Of a stretch of 64,000 nucleotides of DNA, positions 1 to 10,327 are shown in pieces. Made by a program: the position numbers and the translations under genes. The stretch comes from Eledone cirrhosa (lineage: Eukaryota): NCBI GenBank assembly GCA_964016885.1, contig OZ024743.1, positions 31,620,001 to 31,684,000 of the forward strand, read 5' to 3'. The stretch's first letter is position 1; the number at the start of each line of letters is the position of its first letter. Under the pieces are notes generated by a model. That model made no database searches, was not told the origin of the DNA, and saw nothing but the letters and a program-made list of their open reading frames with translations.

Positions 1-71
1 AATACTATTTTTGGCTTATTTTTTTTACACGAATGAATGCAATCCCGTAAATGTTATAAATAACCATCATC

Positions 72-138
<67 letters not shown>
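72..138. repeat. (TAT/TAA)n microsatellite, tail or target of the adjacent R4/Dong-like element
   Basis: About 22 perfect TAT units directly abutting the element's 3' UTR. Confidence 0.95.
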
Positions 139-139
<1 letters not shown>

Positions 140-801
140 AGTTGCATTTATCTTGCTTTATGTTCATACGAGTTATCACCAAGTCACAACCAGTGACCTC
201 AAGAGACAACAAGGTCCGCCATGTTCAAGAAAGAACATACATATTCACACATGCATCTTTAGTGTTTAGACTTGTGATGTACTTATATTGACAGAATCTT
301 CCTTAGTATATGGGCAGTTCCCATTAGTACTATCTTTTGTATTTCTCCTATACGCGGGTTTCCTGGGATTTGCGATATGTAATCATTAGACCCCTTAGGT
401 ATCATTCCCAGAGCGCCTACAACCACTGGTATTGTTTTAGTTCTCAATTTCCACATTTTTCCAATTTCTATCTCCAGGTCCTTATACTTGCTCAACTTTT
501 CAAATGTTTTTATAGATACATTCTTGTCTATTGGAACAGACATATCAATTAGCAGGCATACCCTCTTTTGAAAGTCCTTCAATATTATATCAGGTCTGTT
601 TGCATCTATTTTTCGGTCTGTTTGGATGCTAAAGTTCCACAAGATTGAGATGTGATCTTTTTCAAGTATGGGAGGTGGTTGATGCTCCCACCAATTATTT
701 TGATGGGGCAGGTCAAAATGCTTACACATTATCCAATGTATGTATTGTGCAGCTCTGTCATGCCTGTTTAGGTATTCGGTTGGAGCTATAGGACTGCACA
801 A
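139..801 (-). mobile_element. 5'-truncated R4/Dong-like non-LTR retrotransposon (restriction-like endonuclease domain plus 3' UTR)
   Basis: ORF 283..801 has YLNRHD, RPDII, LLIDMSVP, K..KY.DL and VVGALG, which are PD-(D/E)xK REL motifs of R2/R4-group elements. It terminates in (TAA)n. Confidence 0.85.
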
Positions 802-806
802 TGTTT

Positions 807-860
807 TTAAATTGATAATGCCTTTCCTAGGACATGGGCAGTGCCAGTCAACAGCAAGAG
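807..860 (-). mobile_element. Second, diverged C-terminal remnant of the same R4/Dong-like family
   Basis: Encodes LTGTAHVLGKALSI*, matching LMGTAHILRKILSI* of the neighbouring copy. Confidence 0.6.
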
Positions 861-1828
861 ATAGAGAAAACTATATCTCTTGCAGAGATGGCTTTCCAGG
901 TTTATGGTCCAAATAGTTTTCAGCGCCCTTTTTTTTATCATTCCAAATATGTTGACTATCACAGGCCTTAAGATGCTACGTATTCTCAATTTTAATTGAT
1001 TGATCTTTATAATTACTGAGCTTTCGAAACTCTTTCGAGGAGACGTTTCGATCTGATGGAACGTTCATGTCAGTTAAGAAACGTTTTCTATTTAGGGCCG
1101 TTCAAACTTATAACAGATCTGTTGGACTTGATTGTTCGTTCAGTGTTCACAGGGAAATCCCATGGGATTATCACGTTCTCGCTCCTTATTACTACATCTG
1201 GGTGATGTTCTCTCCGTCTTCAGACCATACGACCTGTACATTAACCTGTGTAAGTATTGCCCCACTCTATCATTCGTCGTTTTATAAGCTTCAAAAGAAA
1301 ACTTTTACCAATTCAAGTTTAAAGTTGTCACGTTCTCTTATGGACACTAAGTGATTTTTTACGACTTACGTTTAAATAAGATAAAATTCATTCTATTGAG
1401 AATACACCTCATAAATCCGGCTAAGGTCCGATCGTCCGAGTCCATAGTTAACATCAACACACCGCCTTAGTTTAGACGGAAAGGGCAGGCAGTTTTCCAT
1501 AGCGAAAGAGGTTGTGTGGTGGATGAGGTTGAAAGTAATGAAAACGGACAGTTTTCTCTTCGGCTAAAACCTTATCACATCGAAAGGAACGTGAGGGTTA
1601 AGAGGGAAGTGCTGCCCCCTAATACATTTAAATTCACATTTGATAATCGATGGTTACATTAATTATGATGAAAATGATGAAGATAAGGATGATTATCACC
1701 ATGATCATTCGCTTGATTACTATCACCTTCGATATACAGGGTCAATGTGATGTTTTATGTATATATATAATGATCCCGTTAAGGGTGAAAGCAGCTATTC
1801 TTTGCTTAAACTTTAATCTGTTATTTTA

Positions 1829-1901
<73 letters not shown>

Positions 1902-2222
1902 CCTAAGCATCGAGTATTCTGATGCGTTTTGGTCCACCTGCTATCTTACCACTGTATATATATATAGAGTGAGAGTGAGAGACAGTGAGAGAGAGATAGA
2001 GAGAGAAAGAAAGACAGAAATAGATGAATATTAAATGCAGAGAAATAAGGAGAACAAATCTTGCATGATGCATGTAACAAGACTTGTTAGCAGTCGTGAA
2101 ACGTTGTTAATTCAAATATGAGATATATGAGAAATGTTAGGTACAATTTTCTTGATCTATACGAATTTGAATATATAGAAATAATATCTTAATACATGGC
2201 TCCAGTAAATATACGACCTTCA

Positions 2223-2388
<166 letters not shown>

Positions 2389-2430
2389 AAAGAAAACAAA
2401 GAGCGTTTATAACACCAATCAATTTTTATT

Positions 2431-2477
2431 CGCTGACAGTGTTTCATCTATACCATGTGGCAGGACTCATCAGAGCG
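2431..2477 (-). ncRNA. Minimal type I hammerhead ribozyme motif (Penelope-like)
   Basis: Minus strand reads CGCT-CTGATGA-[gtcctgccacatggtatagat]-GAAAC-act-GTC-AGCG. Stem I CGCT/AGCG pairs, the core is intact, the site is GUC, and AATAAA follows immediately. Confidence 0.85.
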
Positions 2478-2479
2478 TT

Positions 2480-3400
2480 GAAAACAAAAATACAATAATG
2501 AAGATAAGCTCTACCGACCTACATCATAAGAACAATAGCTATATGGTACAGTATCATAGGATAATAGTGAGAATAGAGATGATACATAATAGGGTTGTTA
2601 GTCAGAGTAAGGAAAAATAAAATAAACTGAAGTAATCACACAAGAGATAGATGCATGTGAAGGATTCAGTCAAGGCGATAAAGAAAAAAAAAGAAAGAAT
2701 GCTCAAAAATAATTAAAAAAATTATAAAAAATAAAAAAATAATAAAAAATAAAAATTTATAAAAAATAAAAAATAATAATAATTAATAAAGAAAAAAAAA
2801 TCGAAATTAAAAACTAATTAAAAATAATAAAAAAATAGATATTTAACAAAATAATTAATAAGAGAGAGGGAAAGACATAGATACATATCAGGGCACACAA
2901 ACACAAGGAGAGAAAGCATGCATTGGTCACAGTCGAATAGATATAGGCCAGATGATTTCCCATGACAAAGAGTTTTATATCCTATAGTTTAACAAGGTGA
3001 GCCACAGTGCACTCGAATATTACGGTTGTCCAAGTAGGGATATCCAGCAGATAAATTACACAAGGATTAGGCATCAACCGGGGTGTCATATAGAAAAGTG
3101 CTATGTAGCCTTTAAAGTATGGTAATAAGGTTCAGAGGGGATTTATTATTCTCCAAATTCAGCACGGTTAGGGTAACCATAAGATAGTGGAGCTGTGCGG
3201 ATAAGGGGTGTTAGTCTTGCATAAGGATGGGTACAGCACAGGCAGCAGCAGGAACACAAGCAAATCATGGTAAGTGTATAGAAGAAGCTGAAGCAGTCAA
3301 TTCATATGGTTTATACAATGTTTGAGGCATATCCGGCAAGGGGAACAAAAAACATATATAAATCGTCAGTAGATGGTAACTCACGAAATTTCACAACATA
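2480..3400 (-). mobile_element. Possible degraded Penelope-like element body upstream of the hammerhead
   Basis: An LSWEII-like remnant near 2955-2975 resembles the C-terminal part of the GIY-YIG ORF at 7502-7855. Position fits a 3' end. Heavily decayed. Confidence 0.35.
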
Positions 3401-3587
3401 TATAGACACATGCATATTTATATATATACGTCATAGATGGTATTCCAGTCCTGTTAATACATCCACATGTACGTATCATTACGTATAGTACTATATGTTA
3501 TGAGCCGGTGTCAAAATCGGAAACCTCATAAAAGTAGTGTTCCAGATTGCGGTATTATACTATTCACAATCACCCACAGTAATATAC

Positions 3588-3627
<40 letters not shown>

Positions 3628-4394
3628 ATTTCTGAAGACCACGTATAGGATGATAGCAGAAATATTTGGTTTAAACTTCAATATAACTGTATATATATAC
3701 TTATATATATATGGTGGTTTTAGCAGCTTGTCGTTTAGACGTGTTTTTTCCTCAACGCGAGATTTGAAATTTAAAGCGACAGAAAGCGGGAAAATTTATG
3801 ATGCTGACTTCCTAAAACTTAACAAAAACCTCTGTAAAAGATAAGTATCTGTATTTTGAAGCTATTATTTCACGTATCTCAGCGTTTTAACTGGGTTTAT
3901 TTTCACTGTTGGATATTTTTCTAAGAAGCGAAAGACACACACGTGCTTTCTGTGTTTATACAGAACATAGAAAGCTAGTTAAGTAACGTAATCTAATTTA
4001 ATTTTATTTTATTTTTAAGTAACGTAATTTAATATAATTTTATTTTTATTTTTAACTCAGTGAGCATATATATTTGTTATTGTTTTTTTTTATATATTGA
4101 TATTATAATAACTAAGATTTACTATATATATAGGGAGCCGTTATTCATATCTGTAAACAAACTGCTACCTACATTTAAATTTAATTTATATAAATCTGTC
4201 GCGATTCTATATCTTTAACTTATTTGGGTTTCATTAATTTAATTTATTCTAAATTTATTTTAATTTATTCTGCTCCTTTAATATTTCATGTTGATATCAT
4301 TTGTTTTCACTTTGTTTTGGTGTTTTAATCGCGAAATATTATTTTCGAACGATATTAATTATTAATATTTATAGTTGTCTTTGACCGGTCCACG

Positions 4395-4827
4395 TTGTTC
4401 ACGCTGTCTCTGTTGCTCTCCTTCTTTCTTTCTCTCTCTCTCTATCTCTCTCTCTGGATTGCTATTTCTCACGCTTTCTCTGTCCCTCTCATTCTTTCTT
4501 TCTCTCTCTGGAATGCTATTTTTCACGTTGTTTCTGTCTCTCTCCTACCTCTTTCCTTCTTTCTCTCTATCTCTCTCTAGATCGTACAAGCTCTCTCCCT
4601 CTCTCCCTCTCTAGATCGCACAAGCTCTCTTCCCCTCTAAATCGCACCCTGAGTTTCTCACTGGACTTATCTATCTCTCTCTAGCCTTTTCCCCCACTCT
4701 TCCCGCTATCTCTCTCGCCCCTCTCTTCTGTCTCTCTCCCCTTTCTTTTTTCTTTTTCTCTCTCTCCAGATTGCACAAGCTCTCTCTATCGCTTTCCCTC
4801 TAAATCGCTCCTTAAATTTCTCACTGG

Positions 4828-4872
<45 letters not shown>
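4395..4872. repeat. CT-rich low-complexity tract with internal duplications, ending in (CT)n
   Basis: Repeated blocks tagatcg(c/t)acaagctctct and taaatcgc...tttctcactggac. Confidence 0.85.
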
Positions 4873-4873
<1 letters not shown>

Positions 4874-4879
4874 AGCTAA

Positions 4880-5455
4880 ATGGACTGCATACAGGGAAAA
4901 GGTGAAATTAAATGTCAGCGAAACTGGTCAAAGATGGAACTAGCGGTTTTGATCAAGGGGTGGAGCCTGGCTGAAGGGTCACCACTAAGCAAAAAGATTA
5001 CGGAGACCCTGATGAACCATGGCTTTCTGAGGAGGCTCGTGCAGATAGAAAGAAAAAGAAAAGAAATCGAGAAAGCCTATGTTCTCATAGCGCCACATAT
5101 GGGGATGCTAAGCCGTGTCCTCAAGGAGGAGAAAAACGGGGAGAAAGCGAAAGGAAAAGAAAAAGAAAAGGAAGAATGCACAAGCACGGACATTAAAGAA
5201 AATTAGATAACCGCCGCCACAGTCAGGGAGGGCAGGCCGGGCAACCAACAAGCAAACGGTAAAGGTGAGAAGCTAAATCACCTTCCGAAAGAAAACCAAG
5301 CAGTGAGGCACCAGTGGACAACCGTTCAAAGGAAGAACAGAAGGCGCCGAGACACTGGGAGCAAGAAAACCCAGGTAACGTTCAAGTTCTTCAGGAACGG
5401 GACCTGCTAGCATGGAGACACAGGGACAGGCTGTAGATTCGCTCACCCCAGGATC
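4880..5455 (+). pseudogene. ORF1 remnant with Myb/SANT-like N-terminus, WxxV-basic motif and CCCH zinc finger
   Basis: One reading frame with two internal TAG stops gives WSKMELAVLI...LMNHGFLRR..QIERK, then WTTVQRKNRR, then (F)KFFRNGTC*HGDTGTGCRFAHP. Confidence 0.55.
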
Positions 5456-7185
5456 CAAGCAAACTATGCATTCCTACTCACACAACATGCCCCAGCTAAA
5501 ACCAAAAAAACCCAGAAGTATGTTGATGTCGCGCGTGCCCTTTCAACAAGGGGAAGGCACACATATGCCGACGAGATACAGATGGCAGCTGCAGATCAGA
5601 CACATTGTTTAGTGATGGCAGAGAAGATTGTGGGACAGCTGACCTGACTGCATCGTTTTCAGAGCCAGGGCCACTCACACCAGCACCCGAGACCACCACA
5701 ATTAAGGAACCCAGAGTCGCCGCCGCTGACACCATGCCATGGCGTCATACTGACAGCCATTGCTGGCACCCCGAAAATCACACCAGTGCTGCTGCTGAAT
5801 GTCAGAGGCCTGATGAATCTCACTAACATGAGTAAAATTCGCTAGCTGGGAGACTCAGTCATAAGCAATCAAGCATTATGCACGACACTAACCGAAACGC
5901 ATCTGACAAGCAGTATAGCAGATGCGGAAAAACATATACCAAAATATACTGTATTTCGTTCGGACTGGAAGGAAATAACTCATGGTGAGGTTGCTCTGTA
6001 TATCCGTGAATATGTCACACCAATTTTACTGTTGACACATTCAAACTCAGTCTGTGACACACTGATAGTACATATGAAGCAACTAACAACAGTAATATGT
6101 GTCACATATCGGCTGCCCGATGCCCCCAGTCATGAGGGTAAATTTGAGGATAGAAGAGGTCCTTGACACACTGCACCAGGGTCTCAACATTCAACTGCTG
6201 GGAGACTTCAACCTGCCAAAGGTCAAATGACCTCAAGGCCACCTCCTCCCTGGAATGACATCAATAGAACAGAGACAGACGGAGTTTGCTGGCCCTCACA
6301 CACAGGCTGTTCATGGAACAAGCAGTACTCCTCCCAACAAGAGGCGAGAATTTCCTAGACCTCTTTTTTACAAACAACGAAGTGCTCATCTAATGTAAAG
6401 GTGACACCACAAATTTTATCGGATCATAACTTAGTAGAACTAATGTTATGTGGTCCGAGAGAATCAACAGAGACACAACCATCAAGAAGCACCGGGACCT
6501 TATCCAGCCTTAACTTCTACAAGGCTAACTGGAAAAAGATCAAGAGAGAAATCAGAAAGCAAATATGGAGCGACAACACCGCCACAAAAGACAACAACAC
6601 ACAATTTCAACACTTCATGACAATGATACACACTATATACCAAAGGTTTGTCCCGTAGAAGAATGCCAACAGACACAAACATCGTATTCCCAGAGATAGG
6701 AACATACTTATGAGACGAAGAGCCAAGCTCTCAAACCAGTTGAATGTACAACAATAAAAAAGCAAAAAGAAGCAATCCTATTTGAAAGGTGCACAACCTG
6801 ACATCGAGATTGCACTCAAACCTTCCCATGAAAATGAGAGGACAAAGAAAGAAAGCTGGGTCATAGAAAATATTAAAACAAACCCTAAGGCCTTCTTTAA
6901 ATTTGCAAAAGAAACTGCCTCGGTACACTGCAAGATTGGGCCAATCGTCCATACAGACGGTTCATTAACCGAGAATCCCCAAGAGATAAGTGAAATACTG
7001 AACGAACAGTACAAAATTGTGTTCACATGCCCACTGAGGCACATGCAAATAACAAAGCCAGAGGATTCTTTGATGCCACAACGCTCCATGAAGAAATGGC
7101 GACCATCAACCACATAGAGATAACGGAGGAGGATGTGGTATACGCCATAGATGAAATTAGAACAGACTCAGCTGCTGGACCTTAT
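4880..7185 (+). mobile_element. Degraded CR1-group LINE: ORF1 remnant, APE endonuclease and pre-RT region, truncated before the RT core
   Basis: Motifs in order across frames: LLLNVRGL (about 5790), TETHL, VALYI, LLGDFNLP, PTRGENFLDLFFTN, SDHNLV, NFYKANW, IKTNPKAFFKF, EILNEQY, SAAGP. Many stops and frameshifts. Confidence 0.85.
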
Positions 7186-7900
7186 GGTATAACCCACCAT
7201 ATAATATGGAGGTGGCCACACCATTATCTAAGATCTTTCTTTCCCTTATTACGAAGCATTTTCCCCTACACATAAATATAGTAAAATTGTTAATAGAAAT
7301 ACTATTAAAATTTCTTACTCTACGACTCCTAACCTTGCACATAACATTACAGCTTCAAATTTAGCTAAACTACCTAGCCGTAGGAACACGTGCAACCCTG
7401 TAGATAGTACTAACTGTAATTGTAGCAATCGGGTTGATTGCCCCCTATCCGGGAAATGCCTCTCTAGTAACATTGTCTACAAATGTAAGGTTGTAACACC
7501 CATGTCCCGTAGGGCCTACATAGGGTTAACCGCCAATAGATTCAAGCAACGTCTTTACATGCATACCCATTCTTTTCGTTACCCTCTAAGAAGGAATATG
7601 ACGTCTCTTTCAGCTTATATCTGGAGTCTAAAAGACAACCACACCCAATATAATTTACACTGGGAGATCCTAGCTAGGGCTAGGTCGTATAACGGAAATA
7701 AAAGACCATGTGACCTCTGCGCCGCTGAGGCCCTGGAAATACTCTACGCCACAGACCACATCTTAAACAAAAAATCTGAGGCAATTTCGGCTTGTAAACA
7801 TAAATTGCACAACACTTTCCTGTATTACAGCCCCACGTTATACCCTAACGGATAGTACGATCTATACGTGGAGATTTTACGTCTTGATGTGGGAGCTAAT
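7186..7900 (+). mobile_element. Penelope-like element 3' fragment (Cys-rich linker and GIY-YIG endonuclease)
   Basis: KIVNRNTIKISYS, CNCSNRVDCPLSGKC, IVYKC...YIGLT, FKQR..H, LSAYIW, CDLC..E and LNKKSE motifs. ORF 7502..7855. Confidence 0.9.
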
Positions 7901-8000
7901 TATATGTTTTGTTTATACCATTACTTATTTTCATAGGTAAGTATATATTACCCGTATGTTTTGTGAAGGTACGTATACCTTCTCGTACGTATATTCGATT

Positions 8001-8175
8001 GTCGGTAGAGGTTCGGACGCCATGCGTTGACGCATAGAGTTTCGGCCCTTGTCATTCTGAGTTCAAATCCCGCCGAGGTTAACTTTGCCTTTCATCCTTA
8101 CGGGGTTGACAAAATAAAGTACCAGTAATGTACTGGTCAATGTCTGGCCTTGTGCCAATAGTAGAAACAATTATA
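8001..8175 (+). mobile_element. tRNA-type SINE, family A
   Basis: B-box-like gagttcaaatccc, core gcctttcatccttacgggg..ataaagtaccag, tail gtagaaacaattat. Multiple copies in the window. Confidence 0.85.
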
Positions 8176-8435
8176 TTAAAGTCAGCTGCTTTGGTATTTT
8201 TTGGGTTGTAAAAAGAGGTAAATGATGTAAAGAAAATGTATCATCTGAGAACAAGAGTTTATAACACACGTACATACAGCCATACTCACACACACACACG
8301 TACACACGCACACACACACACATATATATATATAATTATTAATACGAAGTAAACTCTCCCTAATACAGTATATATACATGTATATATATATATATATACA
8401 TATACACACATATATATATATATATACACACACAA

Positions 8436-8513
<78 letters not shown>

Positions 8514-8890
8514 AGAGGAATGGTAATGAATGATACATTTTCGGACAATATTAGGCTCCATGATGTTAGAAGGTTAGATGATTAAAAATAGCGAATTAAT
8601 CTGTCATAAATCTTCAAGATTATGCAGCAACTATTAATCTTTGTTACTACTACTATGATGAAACAGAGTAGTTTACGAAAACTTATGCATAACTACCATA
8701 CATTCAATATGATATATGTTTACGTATAGATAGTTCATTCTTTCATAATAATGAAACAAAACACATGTAATGGTTCATATATATGATTGTTTATATATAT
8801 ATATATTAGAAAGTGAGGTTTTATTTACAAAATGAAAAATAACCGAGGTATCCTACACGAGTGAATGTATAAAGAAAAAAAGATGAAATC

Positions 8891-9105
8891 GAAAATGCAA
8901 CTGGAGTCTTATTTTTTTAAAAAAGATATATATTTATTTGGTTCCTTTACCGGTTTCGCAGTTCTTCTGCTTTTCAAAAGTAGAGTTGAGATGGAGGGTC
9001 TGTGGTTTTTCTCACATCTAAGAACTGCGAAACCGGTAAAGGAACCAAATAAATATATATATTTTAAAAAAAATAAGACTCCAGTTGCATTTTAATTTCA
9101 ACTTT

Positions 9106-9150
<45 letters not shown>

Positions 9151-9173
9151 GTTGAAATTAAAATGCAACTGGA

Positions 9174-9178
<5 letters not shown>
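8891..9178. repeat. Nested inverted repeat (about 75-bp arms at 8891-8966 and 9020-9093, plus a third inverted piece at 9151-9177)
   Basis: aaaatgcaactggagtcttatttttt...ccggtttcgcagttctt is mirrored by aagaactgcgaaaccgg...gactccagttgcatttt. Confidence 0.9.
8944..8981 (-). ncRNA. Minimal hammerhead motif, U3-A8 core variant
   Basis: CTT-TTGAAAA-GCAGaagaaCTGC-GAAA-CCGG-TA-AAG, then AATAAA. Stem III is the palindrome ACCGGT. Confidence 0.7.
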
Positions 9179-9209
<31 letters not shown>

Positions 9210-9528
9210 AGAGAGAGAGATATGTATGTATGTAGAGGGACTGTGGTGCTGAGACAACGGAGTCCGCTAATCATGGGGTTACTGAATGTATAGGGGTATG
9301 TAGAGTTGATATAGTATCTAAATATCGACCCCGGCACCAAGTGGTTTCGGTTTGTATGTCCAGCAAGCCCTCACGTAGGTATTGTGTACACTCTTGAGAA
9401 AGGCTTGCTAAGCACTCAGCAGTAGCCACCTGCGTCGTTTTTGGGTTTTTACATCCCACCTCTCCCTCTATCTCTCTATCTCTCTCTCTTTCTCTCTCTC
9501 TATCTATATATATATATATATCTCGCTG

Positions 9529-9631
<103 letters not shown>

Positions 9632-10221
9632 AGATATGTTGACTAGTCTTTATGGGGGAGGGGATCACTAGAATTTCGACTCCTATCATCACGTAAATTT
9701 CTGAACCAGTGACCAATCGGTTGACTGCATTGTCAACCGATTGTGCATTGTTCATAATAAATGCAGACAATAGGTACTGTGTGCTCTCTTACTGCATTAA
9801 CTGTGGGCGAAACTCGTGTACGGGCATAGATTTATGGTTCCCATTTACGTGTGTTATATTGAAGAAATCAAACTTGTGTCTACTCTCGGATTTTTCCATA
9901 AAATTACCTATTGAGTACGCTGTTATGCAACCAGTACTAGTAGGGAAACGTATGCTAGCACTGTCAACTTATTATTACTAGTATATATATATACGGGGTA
10001 ACAGATTATTGTTATAGGTAGTCCACTTAGGTGTAGTCCAGTTAGGGTACTCCGAGTAGTGGATGATATCAACGCTTGGCTAAGTTTGACTCAACAAGGC
10101 GTTTCTATAGTGATGCTGCGAGTACGCGGTGATTTCTATGTTGTTAACACTTGGTGAAATGATAAATCAGGAAAGGAGAGTGAAACGGTTTGCTATACAA
10201 AAAAAGGTTTTTAATCTCATT

Positions 10222-10327
10222 GCTGACAACTGTTTCTCTGAACTGGTAGGTCTAGAGATCGCTACCCGCTTGTTTTCACGTCATTCGATCACCAATACAT
10301 AGTTGTAACCAGTCAATTCATCAGAGC
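10222..10327 (-). ncRNA. Hammerhead motif with enlarged stem II
   Basis: GCT-CTGATGA-attgactggt...(about 65 nt)...accagttcaga-GAAAC-agtt-GTC-AGC, with ATTAAA downstream. Confidence 0.7.

Noticed and set aside
1030-1090. Hammerhead-like gaaacgtc segment on the minus strand
   Set aside because: No correctly placed CTGANGA box or stem I.
1770-1800. Partial hammerhead (atga-tccc gttaa gggt-GAAA-gcagc-TA)
   Set aside because: The 5' core and stem I are replaced by (TA)n. It may be a truncated remnant but cannot be called.
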